From the IMG/VR virus record IMGVR_UViG_3300031772_004865, positions 13,391-77,390 of that record: DNA of 64,000 nucleotides; one strand, written 5' to 3'. Origin of the DNA: a virus. Made by a program: the position numbers and the translations under genes. The notes below the pieces were generated by a model, which searched no databases, had not been told where the DNA came from, and worked only from the letters and a program-made list of their open reading frames with translations. The number at the start of each line of letters is the position of its first letter. Positions within the stretch are counted from its first letter, which is position 1. Shown one piece after another: positions 1-9,307 of the stretch.

Positions 1-71
1 AATCATAAACAATTCCATTTGAAAATTTCATACGAATTGGAAACAGTCCTAAAATTGTCAATAATAATTTT

Positions 72-1082
72 CTAATTGAGTTCATTTAATAATACCTCCT
101 TAATTTTCTCATCTACTTTATTTTTTCCTAACCAATTAATTAACGATTCTTTTAATGTTATGTTTTCGGATTTAACCACAACTAAATTATTTAAAATTAT
201 AAATTCTTTTTTCTCCCTAAATAAAACAAATTTATCCTGATACTTCTGATAATAAGGAAGGAAATTACGATAATTTTCATAATCTTTAAATACTATACGA
301 ACCTTAGTTTTAGCAGGTAATTGGTCTAATTTAGTTAAAAGGTCGGATAAGACTAAATTTGAAGGGGAATTTGCCTTGTTTTGGCTTGTTTTAGGCATGT
401 TCTCGGCAGAAAGGTCATTTGCTATGACCTGATTTTGACTATTTTGAGGTAAAAGAAGAATTTCTTTATCTAAGTTGAATGAAATCATAGGGATAGGACT
501 ATTTAAGTCTATAAATCTCCATTCAGGGCGGTCAGTTTCATAACCTAAGCAAACTCCTACTTTTTTAGGAATATCTAAGTCATCTTTAAAATCAACATAT
601 CTTATACTTCCTAATTGGCAAACAGAGGAATTATTAATTATTTCATGATTATGTCCATGACCTAAAATTACATATCTATATTGTTTTAAAGTTTGGGAAT
701 CTATAGTTCCTCCATAATTTTTAGAAGATTGATTAACAATGAAGTGTCCTACAAATAATTTATTTCCATCGTGGTATTCCTTTACCACATTTATGGTATC
801 TTTGAGAATCCCAAAGTGATTTATAATACTTTCTGAATTTGTCGTACTCTCATGGCTATTGGCTGCAAGTAAGACAGTAGGTAGGTTTATTTTTTTGAGG
901 AAAGTAGAAAGACAATCTAATTCTTTTGAGGTAGGAATAATTTTATCAAAGGAATCTCCAGCAATAACTAATTTATTGATACAATATTTATCTTTAATTA
1001 TTAGTAATTCATCAAAAATAGAATTAATTTCTTCAAGGTCGGACTCAATTATATGGAAATCAGAACAAAACATTAAATTCAT
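72..1082 (-). CDS. SbcD/Mre11-like metallophosphoesterase nuclease subunit
   Basis: Motifs SDFH, GDSFD, ANSHE, GHF, LGHGH, GSI; lies in the recombination block. Confidence 0.75.
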   Translation of the reverse strand: MNLMFCSDFHIIESDLEEINSIFDELLIIKDKYCINKLVIAGDSFDKIIPTSKELDCLSTFLKKINLPTVLLAANSHESTTNSESIINHFGILKDTINVVKEYHDGNKLFVGHFIVNQSSKNYGGTIDSQTLKQYRYVILGHGHNHEIINNSSVCQLGSIRYVDFKDDLDIPKKVGVCLGYETDRPEWRFIDLNSPIPMISFNLDKEILLLPQNSQNQVIANDLSAENMPKTSQNKANSPSNLVLSDLLTKLDQLPAKTKVRIVFKDYENYRNFLPYYQKYQDKFVLFREKKEFIILNNLVVVKSENITLKESLINWLGKNKVDEKIKEVLLNELN

Positions 1083-1447
1083 TAAAGTCTTCTCCTTATT
1101 CGATTAGGTAATACAGAATTTATAAAATATAACATTATGTTAGGTCTTTTGAAATTAAAACATCCTCTCATTTTATAAGGATAAAACCAATAGATTTCCC
1201 AAAATAAATGAAACATACAAATCAATGCTAAAATTGCTGAACTTATAATAAATAAATCATAAATAATAATTCCATAACTTAATCTCACAAAATCATTTAA
1301 TAAAGCCAGATTAATAAATTTACGAGACATTGATTTAGCAGTTTTTGCTTTTTTAATTTTAGCTGCTTGGATACTATATTTTAAAGCATCTCCAATAGAA
1401 GTTAATACTAACAATCCACCTATTATATCTTTAATTAGTAGATTCAT
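1082..1447 (-). CDS. Small membrane protein, PQ-loop/SemiSWEET-like
   Basis: Three hydrophobic segments; IQAAKIKKAKTAKSMS resembles the PQxxKxxxxKS motif but lacks the Pro. Confidence 0.5.
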   Translation of the reverse strand: MNLLIKDIIGGLLVLTSIGDALKYSIQAAKIKKAKTAKSMSRKFINLALLNDFVRLSYGIIIYDLFIISSAILALICMFHLFWEIYWFYPYKMRGCFNFKRPNIMLYFINSVLPNRIRRRL

Positions 1448-1658
1448 CTTTTCCTCTTTTTAGTCCAGGAATCCAATTATTAAAATCACATACCAAATAA
1501 AAATGCCCATCCTCATCTTCTTTTTGCCTATAGAAGATACAAGATGGACAATTATCATTCCATTCTGGATTTACATTTATTTTAAATTTTTCACACCAAA
1601 TCATCATTATTTTTACCTCTTTGGGATGGGGAGATTTTTTTCTACCCCATCATTATAA

Positions 1659-1859
1659 CTATTTAGTTTCAGGTTTGCGTTCTGCTTTTGCTTTTCTAAT
1701 AGCAACTTTATCTGTTTCGCAAAGTAATTGATTGCTACGCATCGTGGAAAGGAATTTCACTACTACTTTTAATGCTTTAACAACCGATTTTGCACCTGCA
1801 TCTGTAGCTTCAGCCTCAATTACTTCTAAATCTTTTAAGGCACCTTCAACTGTTATCAC
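1659..1859 (-). CDS. Hypothetical protein
   Basis: GTG start after strong RBS AGGAGGATACAAAC. Confidence 0.6.
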   Translation of the reverse strand: MITVEGALKDLEVIEAEATDAGAKSVVKALKVVVKFLSTMRSNQLLCETDKVAIRKAKAERKPETK

Positions 1860-2001
1860 GTTTGTATCCTCCTTTTTCCAGAATTCTTTATTTCTTAGTT
1901 ACATTTAAATAAACATAAGCTGCCAATCCTCCTATTACGATACCAACTATTACTCCAACTACTACTCCTAAATTAAACATTTGCATTACCTCCTTTCTTA
2001 A

Positions 2002-2199
2002 TTATTTTTTTCTCCTACTTTCTTTTTGTGCTAATCGTTTTTTTGTACTTGGTTTAACATAATATCTTCTCTCTTTTACTTCTCGTATTATTTCTTCTGA
2101 TTCTCTTTTGAATTTTTTAAGCATATTTTCAAAGTTAGAATTGATTGGAATATTTTCTGGTAATTGAATCGGTTTTTTAAATTCTTTATTCTCTTCCAT
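2002..2199 (-). CDS. rpsU: Ribosomal protein bS21 homologue
   Basis: FENMLKKFKRE..IIREVKERRYYVKPSTKKR matches the bS21 signature. Confidence 0.85.
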   Translation of the reverse strand: MEENKEFKKPIQLPENIPINSNFENMLKKFKRESEEIIREVKERRYYVKPSTKKRLAQKESRRKK

Positions 2200-2201
2200 T
2201 G

Positions 2202-2780
2202 TTACTCCTTTTTGAGTCCAGCAAAAGCTAATAATAAAGCATCTGCAATATTGTCATCAATAATTTTCTCTTCTACTACATTACTTATCCATCTCATTAT
2301 TTCTTTTTTCTTATCTTTAGGTTTTGTACCCTTTCCTAAATGAGATTGAAATCCTACTAATTTACGTGCTGTAATAGGAAAGATTATTTTTCTTTCATTA
2401 AATCTATCATACAATTCGGCATAAGCAATTCCCTGTAATGCTCTCAAAAATCCAAAAGTAACTACATTCATCTTTAAAAATGAATTCTCTAATACTAATA
2501 ACATCGTTACTCCTTCGGGATTTGATAATTGTGTTTTTACCTCTTTTCTGATTAACTTTAAAAATGATTCTAAATGAGCATCGTATTTTTCATTTTTATC
2601 TTCTAAATCTTTTGGTAATGTAGGTAATTGTATTATAAATGTTTTTATCCATAATTTCTTTTTAAAAATAGAAATCATTGCGATTCCAGATTTAGTAGCA
2701 GTATCAATAGCAAGACAAAATATATTATCCTGAAGTTTAAATCCAAGATTCTTTTCAAGTTTCTTTAATGATTTAATCAT
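2202..2780 (-). CDS. ruvC: RuvC-like Holliday junction resolvase
   Basis: LAIDTAT.SGIA, VLE, PITARK, DNIADALLLA catalytic pattern. Confidence 0.8.
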   Translation of the reverse strand: MIKSLKKLEKNLGFKLQDNIFCLAIDTATKSGIAMISIFKKKLWIKTFIIQLPTLPKDLEDKNEKYDAHLESFLKLIRKEVKTQLSNPEGVTMLLVLENSFLKMNVVTFGFLRALQGIAYAELYDRFNERKIIFPITARKLVGFQSHLGKGTKPKDKKKEIMRWISNVVEEKIIDDNIADALLLAFAGLKKE

Positions 2781-2970
2781 TTTCTATTTGATTTAAAAAT
2801 CTTTCTATTAATTGTAATTTATTTCCTATTTCTATTAAAATATAACATAAATATCCATTAATTGTATATGTATCTTTTTCCCAAGAATCCCAAATTTTTA
2901 CTTCTATTGTATAATTATTTTGTGCCATCTATCTTCCTTCTCTCTTTTGGATTTAATATTCATTTTTTTA

Positions 2971-3810
2971 TTATTGTGCTTTTCCTTTTTTGTTTATATT
3001 TAATCCTTTAATTTCGTAAGAAGCATCATAATTAATATTATCTCCTTTTGGATAGGGCAATATTTTCCATTTAAGTGCTGCTCTCATTTCTTTCTTTTGT
3101 TTATAATTGCCAAGAAACATCAAATATCGGTGTTTTGGTGTAACTTTTATCGGTTCATAACCATTTTTTATAGCATTTTCTATACTTCCAGTACCTAATC
3201 TATTAAATATTACTTTCCTATGATACATTTTTCCATCTTTTCTAAATTCAATATCCCCACAACCCATTCCAGTATATAACCAATTAAGTGCCTGATAAAT
3301 ATAACCATGATGTCCTTGTCCACTATCAGAATAAGAAATAACTGTTATTGGTTGGGGCAATAACTTTAAACAAGAACTAACAAAAAAAGACAAAGTGTTT
3401 TTTGGTAATAATTCGTTTACAATTAATCGGTTAAGTTCTATACACCGATAATTTCCTAGTAAATTATTTAAAGAATTATTTGCACTCATTCCAAAGGTAC
3501 AAACTCCTTGCAAAATATTATTTTTATTATAAAGACCATAAGAATAAATGATAATAGCAGGAATTCTATGTGCATAGTGTTTATTTAAAAACCACTCATA
3601 AGTTAATTTCTTATCAATATTTTTAACAGAAAAATCTAATTTATTAAAATCATATACTTCTTCTTTACGTTCTTTTTTAATTGGAGCGGAGTTAGCGACT
3701 TGCACGCTACTCTCGGAACTGGAAGTTCCGCATGTCTTTTTCGACACTTCCCCTGCGAATTTAGTTTTAAGTTTTAATAATTCTTCATCACTTAATTTAG
3801 ATAAATCCAT
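2971..3810 (-). CDS. mom: Mom-like (GNAT-fold) DNA adenine hypermodification enzyme
   Basis: HY, GVCTFG, IELNRL, SFFVS, ISYSDSGQGHHGYIYQALNWLYTG, KHRY, LPYPK are typical of Mu Mom-family proteins; start overlaps the polymerase stop (TAATG). Confidence 0.8.
   Translation of the reverse strand: MDLSKLSDEELLKLKTKFAGEVSKKTCGTSSSESSVQVANSAPIKKERKEEVYDFNKLDFSVKNIDKKLTYEWFLNKHYAHRIPAIIIYSYGLYNKNNILQGVCTFGMSANNSLNNLLGNYRCIELNRLIVNELLPKNTLSFFVSSCLKLLPQPITVISYSDSGQGHHGYIYQALNWLYTGMGCGDIEFRKDGKMYHRKVIFNRLGTGSIENAIKNGYEPIKVTPKHRYLMFLGNYKQKKEMRAALKWKILPYPKGDNINYDASYEIKGLNINKKGKAQ
3682..3756 (-). tRNA. Non-canonical tRNA-Gly(UCC)-like element nested in the mom-like CDS
   Basis: 75 nt: GCAGGGG AA GTGT CGAAAAAG ACAT G CGGAA CT-TCC-AG TTCCG AGAG TAGCG TGCAAGT CGCTA ACTCCGC T CCA; canonical arm spacing, paired D/anticodon/T stems, U73, encoded CCA; acceptor stem has 2 mismatches. 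Confidence 0.8.
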
Positions 3811-6800
3811 TAAATTAATCCTCTTCTTTTAAGTTCTTCATTAATTTCTTTTTCGGTAAGATTATCCTGTTTCTTTGTTTTCTTTACTTTAATTTCTTTA
3901 ATCAATCCCAAATCCCAGCCTAATGCTTCAAAAATATTCTCACACTTTCCTATAATAGTCTTATCTATCATTTTCTTCCAATTTATATTTTTTACATGGT
4001 CAAATTGTTCTTCGTTATACGCAAGTACATTTTTATCTATTTCTTTTTCACTTGACTTTTCTTCTTTTTCTCCAGTATCTTTATTCTTCATACTTCTTGT
4101 TGCTCTACGAATTGCTTTTCCAAAAGGTTCTACATACAAATAATAAAATGTATCTCCTGCAACTTTATTAAATCCACATAATTCTTTTGAATATTCTAAT
4201 GCTCTGGTAAAAATAGGAGGAGATTTATAAACTGTAGTATTACTTATTTTACAAGGGAATCCAATTTCTGTAATAGATACGGTCTTAATCGCTTCTTTTT
4301 GTGAAACGATAAATTCTACAATCGCCTCTTGTGATTCATTATCGAGTATTTTATCTATTAATTTAGTTTGAAATTCTTGCATAAATTTACTGCTATCTTT
4401 TCTTTTTGCCTCAATTCCTTTTACTTCTATCTTTAATTTATTATCTTTGGTTCTTAATCTTCCTTTATAATGACAAAGTGCTACAATCAAAATCTGTTCA
4501 TATTTCCCTTCATAATCGAATTCAATTCCTGTTTTTTCTTTATTATATTTTTCTTTTGCCCATTGTTGAACTAATTGATTACATAATTCTAAAGGATTTT
4601 CTTTTGCTATTACCATAACTGAATCGGTATCCAAATAAATTACTTTTACACTACGCTTTCCTAATTCAATTTCAATGTAGTGTAACAAATCTCTAACTAT
4701 TGAAGTAATCGCACTTGCTATATTTACATTATAAAGTCTAAAAACTTTTAATGCAGTTACTCCAAATAATGAATTCACTAATGCTTTTACTGCATCGTAT
4801 TTCATTTGGAGGTCTTTTGCTTCAGGAGTTTCGGGGTCTAATGATTTAAGTTGTTTCTTTAAATAATCTTTTTTGATTATTAACTTCCTGGCTAATGTAG
4901 GTAATAAAGCATTTGAATTTTGTTTAAAATAAACAGGATACTTTACTTCATTAGTTTCTCGGTCAGTAATATCGATTTTCAATTCATTTTTATTAATGGT
5001 TAAATTAGCAATATCTAAACAAAAATCTATAATCGCCATTGGATAGGCAGAATTTCCAGAAATAAATACTTTCCCTTTTCTTCTCATAATTACAAAACCA
5101 TTTTTAACGGTTGGACACCATACTATACCAGAATATAATACTTTCTTTTTTTGCGGAGAATATAAATTAGTATAATGTTCATTATTAAAATAAACATTTT
5201 TTCTTCCATCTTCTTGGGTAGAATATCCTAATAATACTAATAAATATTGAAATCTATCTCTTGCTAATTTATCTTTAGCATTGTAATTATTTTTGTTCTT
5301 ATCTCCATCACCTTTCATTAATTCTTTAAATAAAATATTTAATTGTCTAGTAGATAGTTCTTTTAACATCCATAAGGGAATAACTTTATAATTATCTTCT
5401 AACTGGATGTAAGTTGAATAAAGCCATTTTAAATTCCAATCTAACTCTCCTTTTCTAATTCCTTTTCTATCATATTTAGAAACATTCCATTTCAATTGTT
5501 TAAATAATAAATCTATTTCCTTACAAAATACTGGATTGGCTTTAGAACTTTGACTAATATGATAAATATTACTTTTTACTCTACTATTGCCAAGTTCATT
5601 GTGTCCTTCTGTAATTATCCAAGCATGGATTTTTAATAATTCATCGGAAATAGGATAGTCTTTATTTCTTTTAAAGTTTGCAGAAAGAGGTAAAATAGTA
5701 TGATATGTATGAAAATCTTTAGCAAATGCGATTTGCCAAGAATCTTTTTTAGCTTTTTTATGATTATTATTAACAGTATATTTGTATAGAACTTTATGAT
5801 TCCAAGTTAATAATTGTTTAGTTTTACTATTTTCTAAACTATACATTTCCAAAATTTTAACTTTTTTAATATTTAAATATAGCATTTGTTGAAATTCAAT
5901 TAAATTTCTTTCTACACTAAAGGTTGCTAATTCTTCTTTTTCTTGTAACTCATTATATTTTTTCCATCCATCTATAGAAAGAATTTCTGTATCTTCAGAA
6001 TAGCATCCTAAATCAAGTTTATATAAATTTTCAAATCTTCCAGTATCACATTTTCTATAGGCTCCTTCGAACTCAATTTCTTCAATAAAATCTTCTCCAT
6101 AATGTTTGGAAGGAAGTACTATTCCTTTTGATTTAGCTTCTGATAATAACATCATATCTAATACTTTCGAATTCCAAACAATATCTTCCCAAAGACATTT
6201 TCCCATTCTACGAATTTCATCATAATAAGGGATAATCTTTTTTTCTTTCTCAATTCCAACCATTTTCTTGATGTCTTCTATGTTCTTCTCTTTTATTTCT
6301 TCAGTAATTTGACTAAAATCTGCTTTTTTATTTAAAGGAGTATTTAAGTATTTATGAGCAATAGAATCCAAAGCATAAGATACTTCTCCTTTATAAATTT
6401 TCTTAAATAAATCCAAATAATCTAATATACTTATTCCTGTAGGATAAGGAATCTCGTCTTCTTTCCTACCGTATCTCATCTTACTTATTGGAGAAATTAA
6501 TTCTGCTAATTCTAAATTCCATAATCTTTTTATCCGAGCAGCCAAATAAGGATAATCAAATTGGACAAAATTCCAACCTAAAATAAGGTCGGGTTGAGTA
6601 TCTTTAATATAACGAATTGCATTTTTTAATAAATCATCTTCAGCCATTTCTAATTTATCTTGTTTGTAATCCAATTTTTCAAATATTAAATCTTCAAGAT
6701 AATCTTTAATAAACCAATTTCGGATGGTTTTTTCTAATGAATTATAAATAGAAATTGAAGTAATTGTTTTATCGGGATTAAGATAAGAAGGCAATTCTTT

Positions 6801-7130
6801 TGTTTGAATTTCAATATCAATAAATAAATATTTAGTTGGAGAAGGAAGAATTTCACTTACCTTATCAATCATGTAACGTTTTGGATAAATAACATCTGCC
6901 TCATAAGAAGTATCTGTTTTCCGTCTTTTTATTTCTCCAGGTTCTCTGCAAGTAATTTTCGATACTTTTTTTCCGTCGATTGTTTGATAAATTCCTTTCG
7001 GGTCCTCTTCATAAAAATAAGGTTTAAAAATAGTATCCTGCATAATAGTAAGAGAACCATCCTTCTGTCTATTAAAAAGATATATCTTATTTCCTATATT
7101 GGCTATATTTTTTAAAGGATAATTAAGCAT
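3810..7130 (-). CDS. polB: Family B DNA polymerase with intein
   Basis: Exo motifs FIDIE and GWNFVQFDYPY; motif A YKLDLG^SAYP, motif B KALVNSLFG, motif C YLDTDS, KGIE. Confidence 0.95.
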   Translation of the reverse strand: MLNYPLKNIANIGNKIYLFNRQKDGSLTIMQDTIFKPYFYEEDPKGIYQTIDGKKVSKITCREPGEIKRRKTDTSYEADVIYPKRYMIDKVSEILPSPTKYLFIDIEIQTKELPSYLNPDKTITSISIYNSLEKTIRNWFIKDYLEDLIFEKLDYKQDKLEMAEDDLLKNAIRYIKDTQPDLILGWNFVQFDYPYLAARIKRLWNLELAELISPISKMRYGRKEDEIPYPTGISILDYLDLFKKIYKGEVSYALDSIAHKYLNTPLNKKADFSQITEEIKEKNIEDIKKMVGIEKEKKIIPYYDEIRRMGKCLWEDIVWNSKVLDMMLLSEAKSKGIVLPSKHYGEDFIEEIEFEGAYRKCDTGRFENLYKLDLGCYSEDTEILSIDGWKKYNELQEKEELATFSVERNLIEFQQMLYLNIKKVKILEMYSLENSKTKQLLTWNHKVLYKYTVNNNHKKAKKDSWQIAFAKDFHTYHTILPLSANFKRNKDYPISDELLKIHAWIITEGHNELGNSRVKSNIYHISQSSKANPVFCKEIDLLFKQLKWNVSKYDRKGIRKGELDWNLKWLYSTYIQLEDNYKVIPLWMLKELSTRQLNILFKELMKGDGDKNKNNYNAKDKLARDRFQYLLVLLGYSTQEDGRKNVYFNNEHYTNLYSPQKKKVLYSGIVWCPTVKNGFVIMRRKGKVFISGNSAYPMAIIDFCLDIANLTINKNELKIDITDRETNEVKYPVYFKQNSNALLPTLARKLIIKKDYLKKQLKSLDPETPEAKDLQMKYDAVKALVNSLFGVTALKVFRLYNVNIASAITSIVRDLLHYIEIELGKRSVKVIYLDTDSVMVIAKENPLELCNQLVQQWAKEKYNKEKTGIEFDYEGKYEQILIVALCHYKGRLRTKDNKLKIEVKGIEAKRKDSSKFMQEFQTKLIDKILDNESQEAIVEFIVSQKEAIKTVSITEIGFPCKISNTTVYKSPPIFTRALEYSKELCGFNKVAGDTFYYLYVEPFGKAIRRATRSMKNKDTGEKEEKSSEKEIDKNVLAYNEEQFDHVKNINWKKMIDKTIIGKCENIFEALGWDLGLIKEIKVKKTKKQDNLTEKEINEELKRRGLI
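5052..6005 (-). mobile_element. Intein (318 aa, LAGLIDADG-type) in polymerase motif A
   Basis: Starts CYSEDTEIL, ends VWCPTVKNG...FISGN before extein Ser; block B TWNHKV; endonuclease-like AWIITEG and LMKGDG; removal restores DLGSAYP. Confidence 0.92.
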
Positions 7131-7354
7131 TATTTCCCTTTATTGTATTCTTCAAACGCTTTATATAATCTTCCTTCTTTAGGTAATTTAGTCCAATCAT
7201 TATTTATACTTAATAATAATTGTTTGCATTTATTATCACAATGTAAAGTTTCTTTAATCCCTTTCATTGAAAAACAATTAACCAATTCATTTGGGTCTAT
7301 CGGTAAAATATACTTCCCACAAACATCACAAATTGCTCCTGAACTTGTTATCAT
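7130..7354 (-). CDS. Small Zn-binding hypothetical protein
   Basis: CxxC ... HCxxxC; AGGAG RBS; coupled to the polymerase. Confidence 0.6.
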   Translation of the reverse strand: MITSSGAICDVCGKYILPIDPNELVNCFSMKGIKETLHCDNKCKQLLLSINNDWTKLPKEGRLYKAFEEYNKGK

Positions 7355-7363
7355 TCTATCTCC

Positions 7364-7744
7364 TTATTTATAATCAATAATTAAATGAGCAGGAATCCAA
7401 ATTGCATCCCTCCCATTATCTATTAATAAATTCATCATTTTATTTGCTCCAACGGGGTTCATGCTATGAATATAACAAAGTGTATCTACTTGTAAATTAT
7501 TTTCAATAAGTTTTTTTATAAATTGATAACCTGTATTTTCTTCTGAAGAATCAACCCAATGACGACTATCCAAATCATAGTCAAGCATCATTACTTTAAA
7601 TTCATTAAGCAAACATGATTCATACGCATCCTTAACATTATCAAAAATAAATAATTCTTGATTTTTAAATAATTGTTTAAATTTTTCTATTCTTTCAAAA
7701 TTATCTTCGAGTATTAAAATTTTCATTTTAATTCTAATCCACAA
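7364..7744 (-). CDS. Cyclic-phosphate-processing receiver-like domain protein
   Basis: KILILED, LDYDL, TGY, IHSMNPVGA pattern; true start probably the internal MKILIL. Confidence 0.7.
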   Translation of the reverse strand: MWIRIKMKILILEDNFERIEKFKQLFKNQELFIFDNVKDAYESCLLNEFKVMMLDYDLDSRHWVDSSEENTGYQFIKKLIENNLQVDTLCYIHSMNPVGANKMMNLLIDNGRDAIWIPAHLIIDYK

Positions 7745-8355
7745 TTACCACATTGAGTTGATAAATTATTTTTTAGTGGACCATCACATTGACATGGAAT
7801 CCCATCAGTATTATCTACAGGAGTTATTAAATCTTTAGTAGTTGCAATATAATCTGCGGTATAAACACAAAGTTCTAATAAGGTATAATCTTTTATCTCT
7901 TTTTTTATTATTTGAGGAGTCCACAATCCCATGTGAAAACAAATACAATTATTTATTTTTTGTAGTATTTCATCATTAAATTCGTCGCTAATTATAAAAT
8001 AATTATGAGCATATACAGGATGATTTTCATAATCGGCATAAGTTATTTTAGGGTCTTCTTTTGGAGAAGGAACTTTAGCAATATCATGTAAAATAGTTGC
8101 AGATAAAACAATATCTCTATCTATTCCTTTTATTCCCCATCCATCGCACAATCTATTGGCAATATAAATAGTTCTTTTTACATGAATTAATAATCCACTT
8201 TTTATGCAAGTACATGTTGGATGATATTTTCCTGTAGAAGAAGCCATTCCAATAAAAAAATAATTTGGAGTATTATTTAAAGTTGATTTGGTAAAATTTT
8301 TAATTTCTTGATTTTGAATTAAATTAATTTCTTGTTCTAATACATTCTTATTCAT
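7723..8355 (-). CDS. HD-domain phosphohydrolase
   Basis: ASSTGKYH, GLLIH, LHDIAK, H, HMG, AD. Confidence 0.8.
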   Translation of the reverse strand: MNKNVLEQEINLIQNQEIKNFTKSTLNNTPNYFFIGMASSTGKYHPTCTCIKSGLLIHVKRTIYIANRLCDGWGIKGIDRDIVLSATILHDIAKVPSPKEDPKITYADYENHPVYAHNYFIISDEFNDEILQKINNCICFHMGLWTPQIIKKEIKDYTLLELCVYTADYIATTKDLITPVDNTDGIPCQCDGPLKNNLSTQCGNCGLELK

Positions 8356-9307
8356 TTTATTTCTTTATCCTCTTTAAAATAATAATCATATAAACTATAC
8401 TTAATATTAGAATATACACTATCAAAAGTTTGTTTATTTAATTGACAGAACTTATGTAAATTTTCAAAAGGAATAGTCATAGTTTCCTTCCCATAAGTAA
8501 TTTGTAATGGTTTTTTCTCATCAATACATTTTTGAATAATATAACTACGAACAGAGGCAAATCCTTTATAAAGTTTTTTGATTTTAACTTTTTTCATTTT
8601 ATTTTAATTATATATTTTTTAATTAAACATTCTATTATTAAACAAAATATGCCGAAATTAGAAATTCTAAAATCTATCCATAATTTTCCATTTTTAAAAT
8701 AACTCTTAACATCTTTAAAATAAAAAGGTAATTTAGCCATTATAATCCTATCTGTAAACGTTCTTGAATAATTTTATAATCTTTATCTTCATGTAATCTA
8801 TAGGTTAAATAAGCAATAACATTTCTGTTATCTTGATTATTTTCTTGGAAATCTACTCTTAACAATTCTACTATATAACCTATATAATAGTTTGGCTCGT
8901 TAATTTGTTTATTAAATAAATCAAATACATAATTTTTTACTGATTCTTTATAATTTTGGGCTTTTACCATTTGTTCTTGAGAAACTTCTATTCTATGAAT
9001 AAACATTATTTCCTCTTTTTTAATTTAGGACAAAATTTTTGTTCACATAACTGTGCTTTATTTTTTGGATGTATACAAAAAATAGAATTATCATATTGAC
9101 ATTGTTTAAAATTACATTTTTTCATTTTTAATTTACTCCTATTTTAATCTTTAAATGCTAATACAATTTTAGCACAATCAGATTTATTATATAAAGTATT
9201 GTACTTATCCACTTCTAATGCTTTCTGTTTTGCTTCTATTTCATTTTCAGCAAATACATCTAACTCTGTTTTACCTACAACTTTATAAATATGTATATGA
9301 TATTTCA

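Noticed and set aside
3682-3756. tRNA-like segment as an integrase attP remnant
   Set aside because: att cores usually copy part of a host tRNA exactly; this is a whole, diverged but still paired cloverleaf 25 kb from the recombinase
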